A stretch of 40,600 nt of DNA from positions 1 to 40,600 of the IMG/VR virus record IMGVR_UViG_3300032253_000233; one strand, given 5' to 3'. Positions 20,514 to 29,623 of this stretch are shown in pieces. The notes beneath the pieces are model-generated. The model worked only from the letters and a program-made list of their open reading frames with translations, made no database searches and had not been told where the DNA came from. The stretch is from a virus. Lineage: Duplodnaviria; Caudoviricetes. The stretch's first letter is position 1. Each line of letters opens with the position of its first letter. The translations under genes were made by a program, and so were the position numbers.

Positions 20514-22400
20514 TTAATAATTATTTATGAAATCATCATCAAATGATTTTCTCGACTTTAGTTTTGTATTTGATTTATGTTGTATTTCTTGTTTAACCAT
20601 TATTGGTCCACGTTGTGCCAGCATTTCCAGATCTACCCCCACAATAAATAATGAGCAGTATCCATAAACACGCACATCCCAAGCTTCATTTCTTGCACGA
20701 CGGGCTACCCATCTACCATCCTTGCCTCTCTGTTCTGCCGTCAACTGTTTGAAATATTCTTCATTGTATTCCGGTTCTTCAGGGAAATGCATATAGCCTG
20801 GGCCAATAGCTTCTGTCATAAGATGAGAAGAGATGACATTTTTAGCAGCATTTACTCCGAGCTGGTAAAGAGGTATTTTTGCTTTATTTGATCGACTTGC
20901 CAAATGTGGTGAAATTGGTGCGTCTATTGCCTTTGCACCTTTAATAGCAAAAACACCTCGGTTAAATCGTGTCTTACAAAATGCGTATGCTTGTTTAGCC
21001 CTATGTCCTTGAGTGTCTAAACACCCACAGGCGATGCGCATAAGTCCACCGTTCTCATGAGTCCATGTTTTTAAAAGAAAGTCATCAAAACGTTGCCATA
21101 CATCAGGTTTAGAGGTATCACCATGAAATACTTTGTAGGCAATGCTCCAAGACTCTTCTGCTTCACCCCAACCTTGAACCTCGCACTCAATACGATTATC
21201 CTGTGTATCAGCTCCAAAAGTGAGAATAAGTACGCCATCCGGGACCTGAGCGAGGTAATGTTCCTTTCTATCTTCATAATTTCCTATTTCTATCTTTTCA
21301 TAGTCCTCTTCCCATGTTCTTGCAAGTACTTCACTATAAAATGCCTTTAGTTTTAAACGACTTTTTGAAGCGTCTAAAAATTCTTGAGCAATGTCTTGCC
21401 ATCTAACATTAGGCGAGTATGAAAGCATTGACCAAAAAGAAAATGATGCTATTCCTTTAAATGGTTTTTCTGCTATCCACTTTCCGCGTTTATCCATTTC
21501 TCGTTTATGATGATCATATATTCGTTCACCACACTTTTTACACTTAAAGTGTGCAGTTTCAGGGAAGTGCTGCAAAGTTTTACCTTCTTCACTTATATTT
21601 TTATCCCATGTTAGTTCTTCAAACTCAAATTTCTGCATGTACTCACAATGAGGGCAAGGAAAATTACGATAGCGCTGGTCTCCCATTTTAAACCAGTAAT
21701 CAACACGAGACACACCTTTGCCATCATCATCTTCGGCATCAGGCTCATAAGCCCTTCCTATAGGTTTGCCACCAATGATATTTTTACGGTCCCAAAAATC
21801 GGAATTACGGCGGAAAAATGTCATCATCGTATCGCCTGCATTACCTGCTTCAGCCTTCCACGCATCAATTTCATCACCAATACAAACTTTTACCGTACGC
21901 CGGTTAAAATTCTTGTCAGATTCTGCTCCTACACCTTCCCAAATACCTCCGGGGTACATTTTCTTTACTGTCTTCTCTTTTTTCCCTCTTCCGCGAGTAG
22001 AAGGGGTGTCTATAAGCCTTGCAATATCTGGGTTGTCTCTTATCATTGGTTCAAATTCATCTTCTGCATAACCGGTCATCTCATCGTCATTTGGCTGAGC
22101 ATGAAGGATTGAACACGGCCTCTGTTCAATAAAATACCCCTGAGCCATATTTATAAGTTTGGTATATCCTACCCTCGTAGGCTTTTTCACTACAACCAAC
22201 CACGTTCCAAAGTCGGTCATTGCATCAAGTATCTCAGGTTGATATGAATAGAGAGTCACTTGTCCAGGAGCAGAAGAAGACTCTGCAGATAATTTAAATT
22301 TTGATTCTGCCCATTGCGACCCTGTTAACATTGGGCGTGGTTTTAATATCTTAATCCCATGATCGAGAAGAATGCGCTGTTGCTGTGTCAAGACTCCCAT
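20514..22400 (-). CDS. terL: Terminase large subunit (lambda gpA family)
   Basis: 'YQPEILDA', 'K..RVGYT', 'DEID', 'DQRY...CP.C', 'LTFGADTQDNR.E', 'RNEA.D..VY'. Confidence 0.96.
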   Translation of the reverse strand: MGVLTQQQRILLDHGIKILKPRPMLTGSQWAESKFKLSAESSSAPGQVTLYSYQPEILDAMTDFGTWLVVVKKPTRVGYTKLINMAQGYFIEQRPCSILHAQPNDDEMTGYAEDEFEPMIRDNPDIARLIDTPSTRGRGKKEKTVKKMYPGGIWEGVGAESDKNFNRRTVKVCIGDEIDAWKAEAGNAGDTMMTFFRRNSDFWDRKNIIGGKPIGRAYEPDAEDDDGKGVSRVDYWFKMGDQRYRNFPCPHCEYMQKFEFEELTWDKNISEEGKTLQHFPETAHFKCKKCGERIYDHHKREMDKRGKWIAEKPFKGIASFSFWSMLSYSPNVRWQDIAQEFLDASKSRLKLKAFYSEVLARTWEEDYEKIEIGNYEDRKEHYLAQVPDGVLILTFGADTQDNRIECEVQGWGEAEESWSIAYKVFHGDTSKPDVWQRFDDFLLKTWTHENGGLMRIACGCLDTQGHRAKQAYAFCKTRFNRGVFAIKGAKAIDAPISPHLASRSNKAKIPLYQLGVNAAKNVISSHLMTEAIGPGYMHFPEEPEYNEEYFKQLTAEQRGKDGRWVARRARNEAWDVRVYGYCSLFIVGVDLEMLAQRGPIMVKQEIQHKSNTKLKSRKSFDDDFINNY

Positions 22401-23068
22401 TCGTACTCCCGGATAGATACTTTTTGATCATTAATATTTTTAATCAACCACTCTACAACCTCGTTTTTAATCTCTGGAAAATGGGACTTTAGGTTAATAG
22501 GCAAATCATCAAGATACTTGTTTAGAGGGGAGAAAAGAATTTCAACGACAGTCTTAGCATGAGCAATAGGAACAACCTGTCCTAATAGCTCTAGGGTCTG
22601 AGTTTTATTTTTAAGCCCTAACCAAAACTCTTTTTCAGCTTTTGCACCTGCAATAGTTATTTCTTCAGGAACCTTAATATCCCCCATCTCTTCTGGTATT
22701 CCAGCAAGAGTAGCTCTCTTTACTTCTTCAAGTTCACCTTTTTCACGTATCTCTTCCAGTCGACGATCTAATTCATCTTCTGTCATATCCGCTTGTGATG
22801 GGTATGTACCAGCTGTACTCATAAGAGTAGGTTCTACTTTACGACTGTTATTTGCTTCTCTTTGAGCATCGCGAGTAGGATCTTTTGAATCTTCAATAGA
22901 TTTTTTAACTTCTTCATATTTATAAAACTTCTTTGGGCTTCCATGTTTAGAATGTGAAGGTATTTTCCCTTCCGCTACCATTTGAGAAAAGTATGACTTA
23001 CTGTAAGTAATATCATCTCTACTCTTTAAAAGTTTCAAACAATTAGCAGCTGTAATTAAATCATACAT
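22388..23068 (-). CDS. terS: Terminase small subunit (Nu1-like)
   Basis: N-terminal winged HTH, helical C-terminus, overlaps the terL start, directly after cos. Confidence 0.8.
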   Translation of the reverse strand: MYDLITAANCLKLLKSRDDITYSKSYFSQMVAEGKIPSHSKHGSPKKFYKYEEVKKSIEDSKDPTRDAQREANNSRKVEPTLMSTAGTYPSQADMTEDELDRRLEEIREKGELEEVKRATLAGIPEEMGDIKVPEEITIAGAKAEKEFWLGLKNKTQTLELLGQVVPIAHAKTVVEILFSPLNKYLDDLPINLKSHFPEIKNEVVEWLIKNINDQKVSIREYEWES

Positions 23069-23147
23069 TCATCTTCTCCATAAACGTTCAGTGAACATTT
23101 TCAACTATAAAAGTTAAGCAAGTTTGTCTACTAATAAATCGCGATGC

Positions 23148-23194
23148 TTCGGGGTTCACACTACCCGTATGAGATATATCTTCCAGAAGGACCC
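23148..23194 (-). other. cos packaging site (cosQ + cosN)
   Basis: GGGTCCT (lambda cosQ sequence), 23 nt, then GTAGTGTGAACC flanked by TACGG/CCGAA symmetry. Confidence 0.75.
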
Positions 23195-23206
23195 ATTGTA
23201 TTTTCA

Positions 23207-23941
23207 CTAGTGCCATCCTTTCATTTTATTAATAGATGAAGCTCTTTCAATAGCTTCATTAAAATGTTTTGAATATCTTCTTGCAATTACTTTTGATACA
23301 GTTGATTCAAGGTCAAAGCGTTTTTTGTAGTTAGGCTTTTCGCTGATACGCAACATACATATAGGCTTGTCATGTCCTGGCATCCTTGCATAAATGCCTG
23401 GGGCCATTGTCGTTTTTGATTTACCAGTAACAATAAAGAAGCGTGCCTTTGTTCTTCTTGAGTTTGCTTTAGACCTACTTCCCTTTGTTTCATTTGCACT
23501 GTACCCTGCTTTTATATTTAACTTAAGCTGTGACATCATCTGAATATAAGCAGATCCCCTTATCTTAACTCCAGGGGATGGTGTCAAGATTTCTCCTTTG
23601 TACATATAACCTGACCGTATCAGCGCTTTTTCCATTCCTCTTCTTTCCCGATCACCACCACTAAAGTGATGAGCAAGAACTTTATGCTGCCATCTGAACT
23701 CATCTACAAACAACTCAGCATAATTGCTATCTCTAGTAGCTTTCTTAATACGAAATGAATTAGGTATAGACCCTTTAGTTATATTTAGCTTTCCACCAAT
23801 CTCACGTTTCATTGATTCAAGCGCATCAAACGCAAGATTATTAACCGTAGTTCTTTGAATATATGGAAGGTCCCTGTCTCTAAGATACCCAAGCTCTTTA
23901 ATTGCTTCATCAAGGTTATGATCTATGCTAATCTTAAACAT
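23207..23941 (-). CDS. Basic phage morphogenesis protein (gpZ-like), pre-cos gene
   Basis: Arg/Lys-rich; 'T.N.LA', 'GG.R..R.ME.AL', 'P.Y.KRFD' patterns seen in lambdoid pre-terminase genes. Confidence 0.6.
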   Translation of the reverse strand: MFKISIDHNLDEAIKELGYLRDRDLPYIQRTTVNNLAFDALESMKREIGGKLNITKGSIPNSFRIKKATRDSNYAELFVDEFRWQHKVLAHHFSGGDRERRGMEKALIRSGYMYKGEILTPSPGVKIRGSAYIQMMSQLKLNIKAGYSANETKGSRSKANSRRTKARFFIVTGKSKTTMAPGIYARMPGHDKPICMLRISEKPNYKKRFDLESTVSKVIARRYSKHFNEAIERASSINKMKGWH

Positions 23942-24859
23942 CTAAGACACCTTCACAAAATCAATAAAATCAACATCACCCTGCATCAGCATACGAAGAA
24001 AGGTTGAGTTCGGGAACATCATCGGATTAGCCATCGCATCAGTTACAAAACTCTCGCCGACCTTCACTCCCTCAAGTCTTACCCCTTGGTTCATGATTGC
24101 TACCTTCTCAGGAAGATATGCCAGGAACATCATGTTGTCAATAAACTTACTCAGACCCACCAACCGCTCATCTGTGTTCAGCTCTTGTTTGTACTTCTTG
24201 TAGGCGTGTGCCACAATCTTGATATTCAAATACTCTTTGATCTGCTTGTATGATTCGTAGGATTGTTCTTTTGCCCCGAGGTATTTTCCTGCACACATTC
24301 TCAACTCTGCATAAGCTGCTTGAAACTCTCCATCGATTGCAGAAGTGTGATGAGGATTTGATGCCGGTGATGATGCTATATTATTACTCTCTGTAGTAGT
24401 CTCTGCATAGTTACAGTTTTTACTATAATCTAAAGCGGGAAACTCGCTTTTGCTACGCTTGTTTTTACTCTTAGGTACGCTTGCAGTATTATCGGTCTCT
24501 TTTTCACCATATATCTCATACAAAATAGCCTCAAGTTTTTCAACATTAAGCGTATAATACGTTACCCGATCTCTATTGATTTTTGACGAAACGAGACCCA
24601 TTTCTTTCAGCTTTGAAAAAGCAGTTTGAAATTCCTGCTTAGTAAAACAAAGTTCCTCAGACCAGCTGTCACCATCTGTATATTTCTCATGATCACACGG
24701 CTCTATAAACTTATAGAACGCAACACCGTTCTGCTTATCCCACCAGTACATGATCTGCTGTAATAATATAGTTGCATTGGTGTTCTTGATGACCCTCTTT
24801 AACTCAGGTCTGAATGTTATGACGTTTTTATCCGCAGCCAGTGTTTTAATGTAACTCAT
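23942..24859 (-). CDS. Replication initiator protein
   Basis: 'A.ILLQQ..YW', 'W.EEL', 'YY.LN' winged-helix N-terminus; 'AETT' linker; next to the helicase. Confidence 0.8.
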   Translation of the reverse strand: MSYIKTLAADKNVITFRPELKRVIKNTNATILLQQIMYWWDKQNGVAFYKFIEPCDHEKYTDGDSWSEELCFTKQEFQTAFSKLKEMGLVSSKINRDRVTYYTLNVEKLEAILYEIYGEKETDNTASVPKSKNKRSKSEFPALDYSKNCNYAETTTESNNIASSPASNPHHTSAIDGEFQAAYAELRMCAGKYLGAKEQSYESYKQIKEYLNIKIVAHAYKKYKQELNTDERLVGLSKFIDNMMFLAYLPEKVAIMNQGVRLEGVKVGESFVTDAMANPMMFPNSTFLRMLMQGDVDFIDFVKVS

Positions 24860-24871
24860 CGTATACCCTCT

Positions 24872-25843
24872 TTATCCTATTATTGTCATCTCTATCGTGT
24901 CGTTCCTACCAGGGCTATCCTTTGGAATATCCTCATACACAACTTCCATGCTTGCCATAGCCGTATATGGCTGCATCGTAACCGTAGTCTTGTCAATGAT
25001 CAGTTCCTCTTTAAACTCGATACCGTTTTGTCTATTCTTCTCGCAGATCATAGTGCGCTTGTTTTCCATGTTCTTATCTTTCGTAAAGAAGAGCATGATG
25101 TCCGCATCATAATCAGCGTCACCGCTTCCTTTGATAGCCATATGCCCATTTTTAAGATCATCCTTGCTCACCTGGACAATAAGTATGACTATCACCCCTT
25201 GTTCGACACATAAACGGCTCAGACGGCTAGTGATATCACTTATTTGTTCATTTCTCTTGGCAGCAAGACGACGGTTTGTGATTTTCATCAGCGAGTCTAT
25301 TACGAAGAACTTTGTACCCTTGGCTGCATGCCCTTTGATTGACTTCTCTATCTGGTCGATATCCCTGCCTTTTTCAACTATGCGTATACGGTTTCTCTCA
25401 GATGTCGACAGCCGGTTCTTTTTCATTCGCAGTGCGATCTTCCATGCAGGCATCTCATATGTAAATAGAACCGAACTGTGCCCACGAGATACGTTGTACA
25501 TGATCTGCATGGCAAAGGCTGTCTTGCCGGCTCCTTTTTCTCCTCCGAGCATTAAGAGCTGATGCTCCTCTATACCGCCGTCAAGGTGACGGTCTATAGA
25601 TGGGACGCCTGTCTCATACTTTACGCGAGCAGGCATGTTCTCAAGCATTTCTATAGCTTCGTTGAGAGTGACCCCCTCTCCGTCTGAGCTACCGGTCTCA
25701 AGAAGATCAAGCATCTCAAGTTTGTTACCGTATAACTCTCGCTTTAGCTCGATACCTCTGTCATAGTCTCCATCTCGCTCACAGTTTGCTATCTCATTTG
25801 CCAGGCGCTTGTTCAGCTCAGCGATCTCATCGTAACGCTTCAT
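24872..25843 (-). CDS. dnaB: DnaB-like helicase, C-terminal RecA domain
   Basis: 'TG...D..L.GG', Walker A GEKGAGKT, 'YEM', Walker B VIDS, 'Q.S', 'KGSG...YDAD', 'KNR'. ATG at 25843 overlaps the upstream stop (alternative start 25855). Confidence 0.88.
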   Translation of the reverse strand: MKRYDEIAELNKRLANEIANCERDGDYDRGIELKRELYGNKLEMLDLLETGSSDGEGVTLNEAIEMLENMPARVKYETGVPSIDRHLDGGIEEHQLLMLGGEKGAGKTAFAMQIMYNVSRGHSSVLFTYEMPAWKIALRMKKNRLSTSERNRIRIVEKGRDIDQIEKSIKGHAAKGTKFFVIDSLMKITNRRLAAKRNEQISDITSRLSRLCVEQGVIVILIVQVSKDDLKNGHMAIKGSGDADYDADIMLFFTKDKNMENKRTMICEKNRQNGIEFKEELIIDKTTVTMQPYTAMASMEVVYEDIPKDSPGRNDTIEMTIIG

Positions 25844-26175
25844 ATGTTCATCCATTTAGACTTTACGCTGTGCTCTTTCAGTACACCTATGTAATGGTTC
25901 ACACTGGATAGAGATCCGAATGGGTTTGCTGTCAGTATCGCAAGAAAGTTTTGCTCATGGAATAAGTTGTTTTTTTGCAGATAGAATGAGACGGTGAGTT
26001 CGTCTGTAGGTTTGCCTTTTGATCGAAGAGCATTGATTACTTTTGCAACCGCCTTATGGAAGTAGTTCCCAAAATATTCTTCGTTTAGTTCAACATCTTT
26101 TATCTGGGATCTATCGTTAAATGTTCCTGCGAACATCACGCTTGATAATACTGATTTTTCTATGTCTTCAGTCAT
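25840..26175 (-). CDS. DnaB-like helicase N-terminal domain, stand-alone
   Basis: 'DIEKSVL', 'L..E.F....H..V...I..L...G.P.D..TV', 'Y...LKE'. Confidence 0.85.
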   Translation of the reverse strand: MTEDIEKSVLSSVMFAGTFNDRSQIKDVELNEEYFGNYFHKAVAKVINALRSKGKPTDELTVSFYLQKNNLFHEQNFLAILTANPFGSLSSVNHYIGVLKEHSVKSKWMNI

Positions 26176-26383
26176 TTGTTTGCCTTGGTCCTTGCATCAT
26201 TGAAAAAGGAGGGGAAGGAAGCCAAGAACCACCAACGCTACCCACCCTTTTCAATAACAGTTGTAGGCACTGTGGTACAATACGAAGCTTGTACTTTCAG
26301 TGCAACGTAAAGGAACCGGGTGTGCATCCGCCAAGATATCACCCGTTTCCGCCCTATTAACCCTGCGAACAAGGCTAAACAAG

Positions 26384-26602
26384 ATGGAATACTCTTACCA
26401 AACAAATGTTGGAAAATTCACCATTAAGCCACAAAGTGGACGTTGGTTATTATCCATTAATGACAATACTCTAGGATCATATAATTCTCCTCATCAAGCT
26501 GCAGATGATGTATATAATCATGCTACTAATCATAATGAATGGGACGAACAGCTTGATATTGATGACCCAACTGATCTCTCAGAATGGAAAGTTCTTCGGT
26601 AA
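26384..26602 (+). CDS. Small antisense-oriented accessory protein (72 aa)
   Basis: AAGG upstream of ATG 26384; protein-like 'LGSY.SP..AADDV', 'P.DLSEW'. Confidence 0.6.
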   Translation: MEYSYQTNVGKFTIKPQSGRWLLSINDNTLGSYNSPHQAADDVYNHATNHNEWDEQLDIDDPTDLSEWKVLR

Positions 26603-26882
26603 GAGATTTGATCTCTTTTCTACGCTGTACCAGCAAGTGTTGACGATATTTCACAAGCCCGGATGGAAATATTTTAAGCCCTAGATTTTCAAGCTCACAA
26701 AGTTTATCCTGTCCTATGATGCCTACTGCTAGTGTTCTAGTATCCCCCATAACCACTTTGTCATGTTTTTCAATAATGTCATTTTGATCTAACACAAGCG
26801 TGAGTTTTTCAATCTCCAATTTCAATTTTTCATTTTCCAGCTTTACCTGTTGAATTTTCAATTCGTTTAAAGTCTCCATCAA
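26526..26882 (-). CDS. Hypothetical coiled-coil protein
   Basis: Operon position; coupled to the upstream gene. Confidence 0.55.
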   Translation of the reverse strand: MMETLNELKIQQVKLENEKLKLEIEKLTLVLDQNDIIEKHDKVVMGDTRTLAVGIIGQDKLCELENLGLKIFPSGLVKYRQHLLVQRRKEIKSLTEELSILRDQLGHQYQAVRPIHYD

Positions 26883-27160
26883 TAAACCCTCACTCCGTCT
26901 TTACCTTCATGGACACATCCGCATCCGGCATAAAAATACCTGGCATGCATACCACCACGCTCATTGGACTCATCCATAACAAGGATCAGCCCTTTATGGC
27001 CTGCTTCTTCAAACTTCTTATTAAGATCAGCGATTCTTTGTGTCAGATGACGGATATTCATATTCTTGTAAGCCTCATCATAAGTAAGTGACTTGCCTTC
27101 ACTGAAGTGCATATGAAGCGTATACGGTGTCGAGCCTTTTTTAAATGTTACAGTTGCCAT
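26879..27160 (-). CDS. Winged helix-turn-helix protein
   Basis: 'G.SLT..EA......L..RI.DL', 'ARY'. Confidence 0.7.
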   Translation of the reverse strand: MATVTFKKGSTPYTLHMHFSEGKSLTYDEAYKNMNIRHLTQRIADLNKKFEEAGHKGLILVMDESNERGGMHARYFYAGCGCVHEGKDGVRVY

Positions 27161-27163
27161 GTC

Positions 27164-27682
27164 CTACTCCTGTCTTTGTTTCTTTAGTGCTGCGACGTGG
27201 TCTTCAAACTCTTTGATTCCTCGTCTGGCTGCATGAGCGATTTTTTCAAGATCTTCAGCTTCTTTGTCATCGATCACACCATCATTGTGTTTATACTCAA
27301 GAAACATGTTTGAAAGATTGCCGGCAAGAGCAGATATTTTAAGAAGATCATCTTTTAAGTGATCCTCACTGGAACTATTACATTGGGACCCTCTGACATA
27401 TTGACCGCCATAGCGTTTGCACATATTGTCAAGAATGATATCTCGCTCTTCATCACATTCATCAAGAACTACCAAAAGCTGGTCAACAGTAATAGGCTTT
27501 GGTGTGGCTGGGTTATATGTGCTATAATTCAGTGCAGAAGCCAACTGAATATCACCATTTTTACCGGTGTAACCTAGCATGGGTGCAAAATGTTGACGGG
27601 CAGTGATACTGTGACGGTTTCCATAAGCTTCGATAGTATCGTGTATGTTTTTGTAGAAGAACGGGTTTTTAGCAAGTGCCAT
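27164..27682 (-). CDS. Phage regulatory CII-like protein
   Basis: 'LN...P..ITV.QL', 'DGVID..E'. AAGGAG RBS before ATG 27682; first gene of the operon. Confidence 0.65.
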   Translation of the reverse strand: MALAKNPFFYKNIHDTIEAYGNRHSITARQHFAPMLGYTGKNGDIQLASALNYSTYNPATPKPITVDQLLVVLDECDEERDIILDNMCKRYGGQYVRGSQCNSSSEDHLKDDLLKISALAGNLSNMFLEYKHNDGVIDDKEAEDLEKIAHAARRGIKEFEDHVAALKKQRQE

Positions 27683-27766
27683 AATGGCTCCTTTAGGATC
27701 ACTTTTCTGAAGAGGGGCTCCTAAAAAGGTCAAACCGCCCACTCAGAAAAATGGGTTTGAGATGAC

Positions 27767-27807
27767 ATAATAATGCATTACTGCATAAATGTCAAGCATT
27801 TTTGCAT
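27767..27807 (-). promoter_or_regulatory. Early promoter with two repressor operators
   Basis: TTGACA(27795-27790)-17 bp-TATTAT(27772-27767). Operators ATGCATTACTGCAT 27773-27786 and AAGCATTTTTGCAT 27794-27807. Confidence 0.8.
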
Positions 27808-27828
27808 ATTTATTAAAAAAGGATTACT

Positions 27829-28587
27829 GTGAACGTACCAAAAAAAGTTAGTGACAGATTTATATCTGGTCTTCAAAAATATAAAAAGATCTTGAAAAAA
27901 GCTCAAGACAAAGACGTAAATGAGTCCGACACTGTTGTTATTATCACAGATATGCTGGAAGAGATATTTGGCTATGACAAGTATGATGAGATTACAAGTG
28001 AGTACGCTATAAAAAGCACCTTTTGCGATCTAGCCATCCTAATTGAAGATAACTTAAAGTTTTTGATCGAGGTAAAAGCAATCGGCATTAACCTCAAAGA
28101 AAACCACCTAAACCAAGCACTTGCTTATGGAGCGAAAGAAGGTCTTAGCTGGATAATCCTCACTAATGGAGTAATCTGGGAAGTGTATCATGTTGTTATG
28201 AGCCCTAAACTTGAAGCAGAGCTTTTGTATAAAATCGATCTGTTAGAACTTGACTTTAGACAGAAGGATGTAACAGAAAACCTCTTTGTCATCTCAAAAG
28301 AAGGGCAATCTAAGAATGCGATCGATGAGCTGAATGAAAAAGTCAACATAATGAACAAACATATGCTCAGTGCAGCTTTGACTGAAGACAGTGTAATAAA
28401 TGCGATCCGTTTACAATTAAACAAACTTTCCAGTATTAAAACAAACAGTGAAGACATCTTGGATATTGTTGTCAATGACATTATTAAACGTGATATTCTC
28501 GATGATGAAGCCTATAAAAAGGCAAAGTCCAAAATAAAAAGAATAAAGAACAAAGCAGCTAAAGAAAAAGAGCTGGAAGACGTTTAA
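27829..28587 (+). CDS. HsdR N-terminal-like PD-(D/E)XK nuclease domain protein
   Basis: 'NE.DT', 'EY', 'CD.A', 'IEVK', 'Q...Y', 'ILTNG..W'. AAGGA RBS with GTG start. Confidence 0.85.
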   Translation: MNVPKKVSDRFISGLQKYKKILKKAQDKDVNESDTVVIITDMLEEIFGYDKYDEITSEYAIKSTFCDLAILIEDNLKFLIEVKAIGINLKENHLNQALAYGAKEGLSWIILTNGVIWEVYHVVMSPKLEAELLYKIDLLELDFRQKDVTENLFVISKEGQSKNAIDELNEKVNIMNKHMLSAALTEDSVINAIRLQLNKLSSIKTNSEDILDIVVNDIIKRDILDDEAYKKAKSKIKRIKNKAAKEKELEDV

Positions 28588-28909
28588 AAATTATCTTAGT
28601 GTGGCAGACTTGGAATAAAAATTGCATGCTTACTAGATATGATCTATGTCTTAGGTCCACCTGGGCATATATGAAACATAAATGGTACTTATATAGTCTA
28701 CTTGTATAGCTATATTTAACATTTTATGGTACTATTGATACCAATACATGGTAGTACAAGTTACTTAACAAAGACACATTATTGACACATTCAAGTGTGA
28801 TAATGCGTAAAAGCGAAGCGTAAATGCTTAAATAAGTTATAGTCAGACAATTCATTAACTATAGTTGAAGCATCATACGAGTATAATTCGCAAAATTTTA
28901 AAGGGGTTC

Positions 28910-29110
28910 ATGATGAGTAAAGAATTAGTATGGTTAATCAATGGTTTTTCTAATGCATTTAATGTATCTGGGAACAAATCAACAATTACAAAACATTCTA
29001 AAAAAGCAGGTACCTACTCTAAAAAGGTGTCCACTGATACTTCAAAAAACCTGCAATCTTCTGCTGTTAAAGTTGGCAATGCAATGCGTAAAGCTGTAGC
29101 TAACGCTTAA
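28910..29110 (+). CDS. Small basic protein, partner of the DUF2335 gene
   Basis: AAGGGG RBS; TAATG overlap with the next gene. Confidence 0.65.
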   Translation: MMSKELVWLINGFSNAFNVSGNKSTITKHSKKAGTYSKKVSTDTSKNLQSSAVKVGNAMRKAVANA

Positions 29111-29610
29111 TGGCTAAAAATAAACTTACAAAAAAACAGCAAACTATGAAAGCTGCAGGTAGGGTTGGTGAGCTTCATGTACTCGCAGCGCACCAACATG
29201 AACACAACCACCAACACCAACTGAACATTTCTCCATTTTTATCAGCCCATGAATTAGAAAAAATGAATGCAGTAGATCCTGCCTATGCCAATAAGATTTT
29301 TGAACTTACTAAATACCAAATTGAAGCTGACGTTGAGAATTCCAAGAAAAACATAGAATTGGAACAAAAAGAGCAGGAAATACGAGAAAAAGAAGTTATT
29401 GGAGAGATAGATCATAAAAAAAGAGGACAGTATTTTGGAGTCTATGCAATTACGTTTTTAGGACTAATAACACTTGGTTTAGTCTACTTTGAAGCATTTA
29501 AAACAGCTGCTGCCTTTGCATCTGTAACAATAGTAGGTGGAACGGTAGCCTTTACCGGCATCCCTGCTAAAAACAAAAATGAAAAAAAGGTCAAGTCAAA
29601 AGAGATCTAG
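29110..29610 (+). CDS. DUF2335-like membrane protein
   Basis: 'EL.....DP..A..IF', 'RGQ.FG' followed by two TM helices. Confidence 0.75.
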   Translation: MAKNKLTKKQQTMKAAGRVGELHVLAAHQHEHNHQHQLNISPFLSAHELEKMNAVDPAYANKIFELTKYQIEADVENSKKNIELEQKEQEIREKEVIGEIDHKKRGQYFGVYAITFLGLITLGLVYFEAFKTAAAFASVTIVGGTVAFTGIPAKNKNEKKVKSKEI

Positions 29611-29623
29611 ATTACTATTTTTC

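Noticed and set aside
24350-24500. Iteron origin within the initiator gene
   Set aside because: One short hairpin only; no convincing iteron array by eye.
200-25562. Many plus-strand ORFs of 60-150 aa in the track
   Set aside because: They are antisense shadows of well-supported minus-strand genes, with no recognisable motifs.
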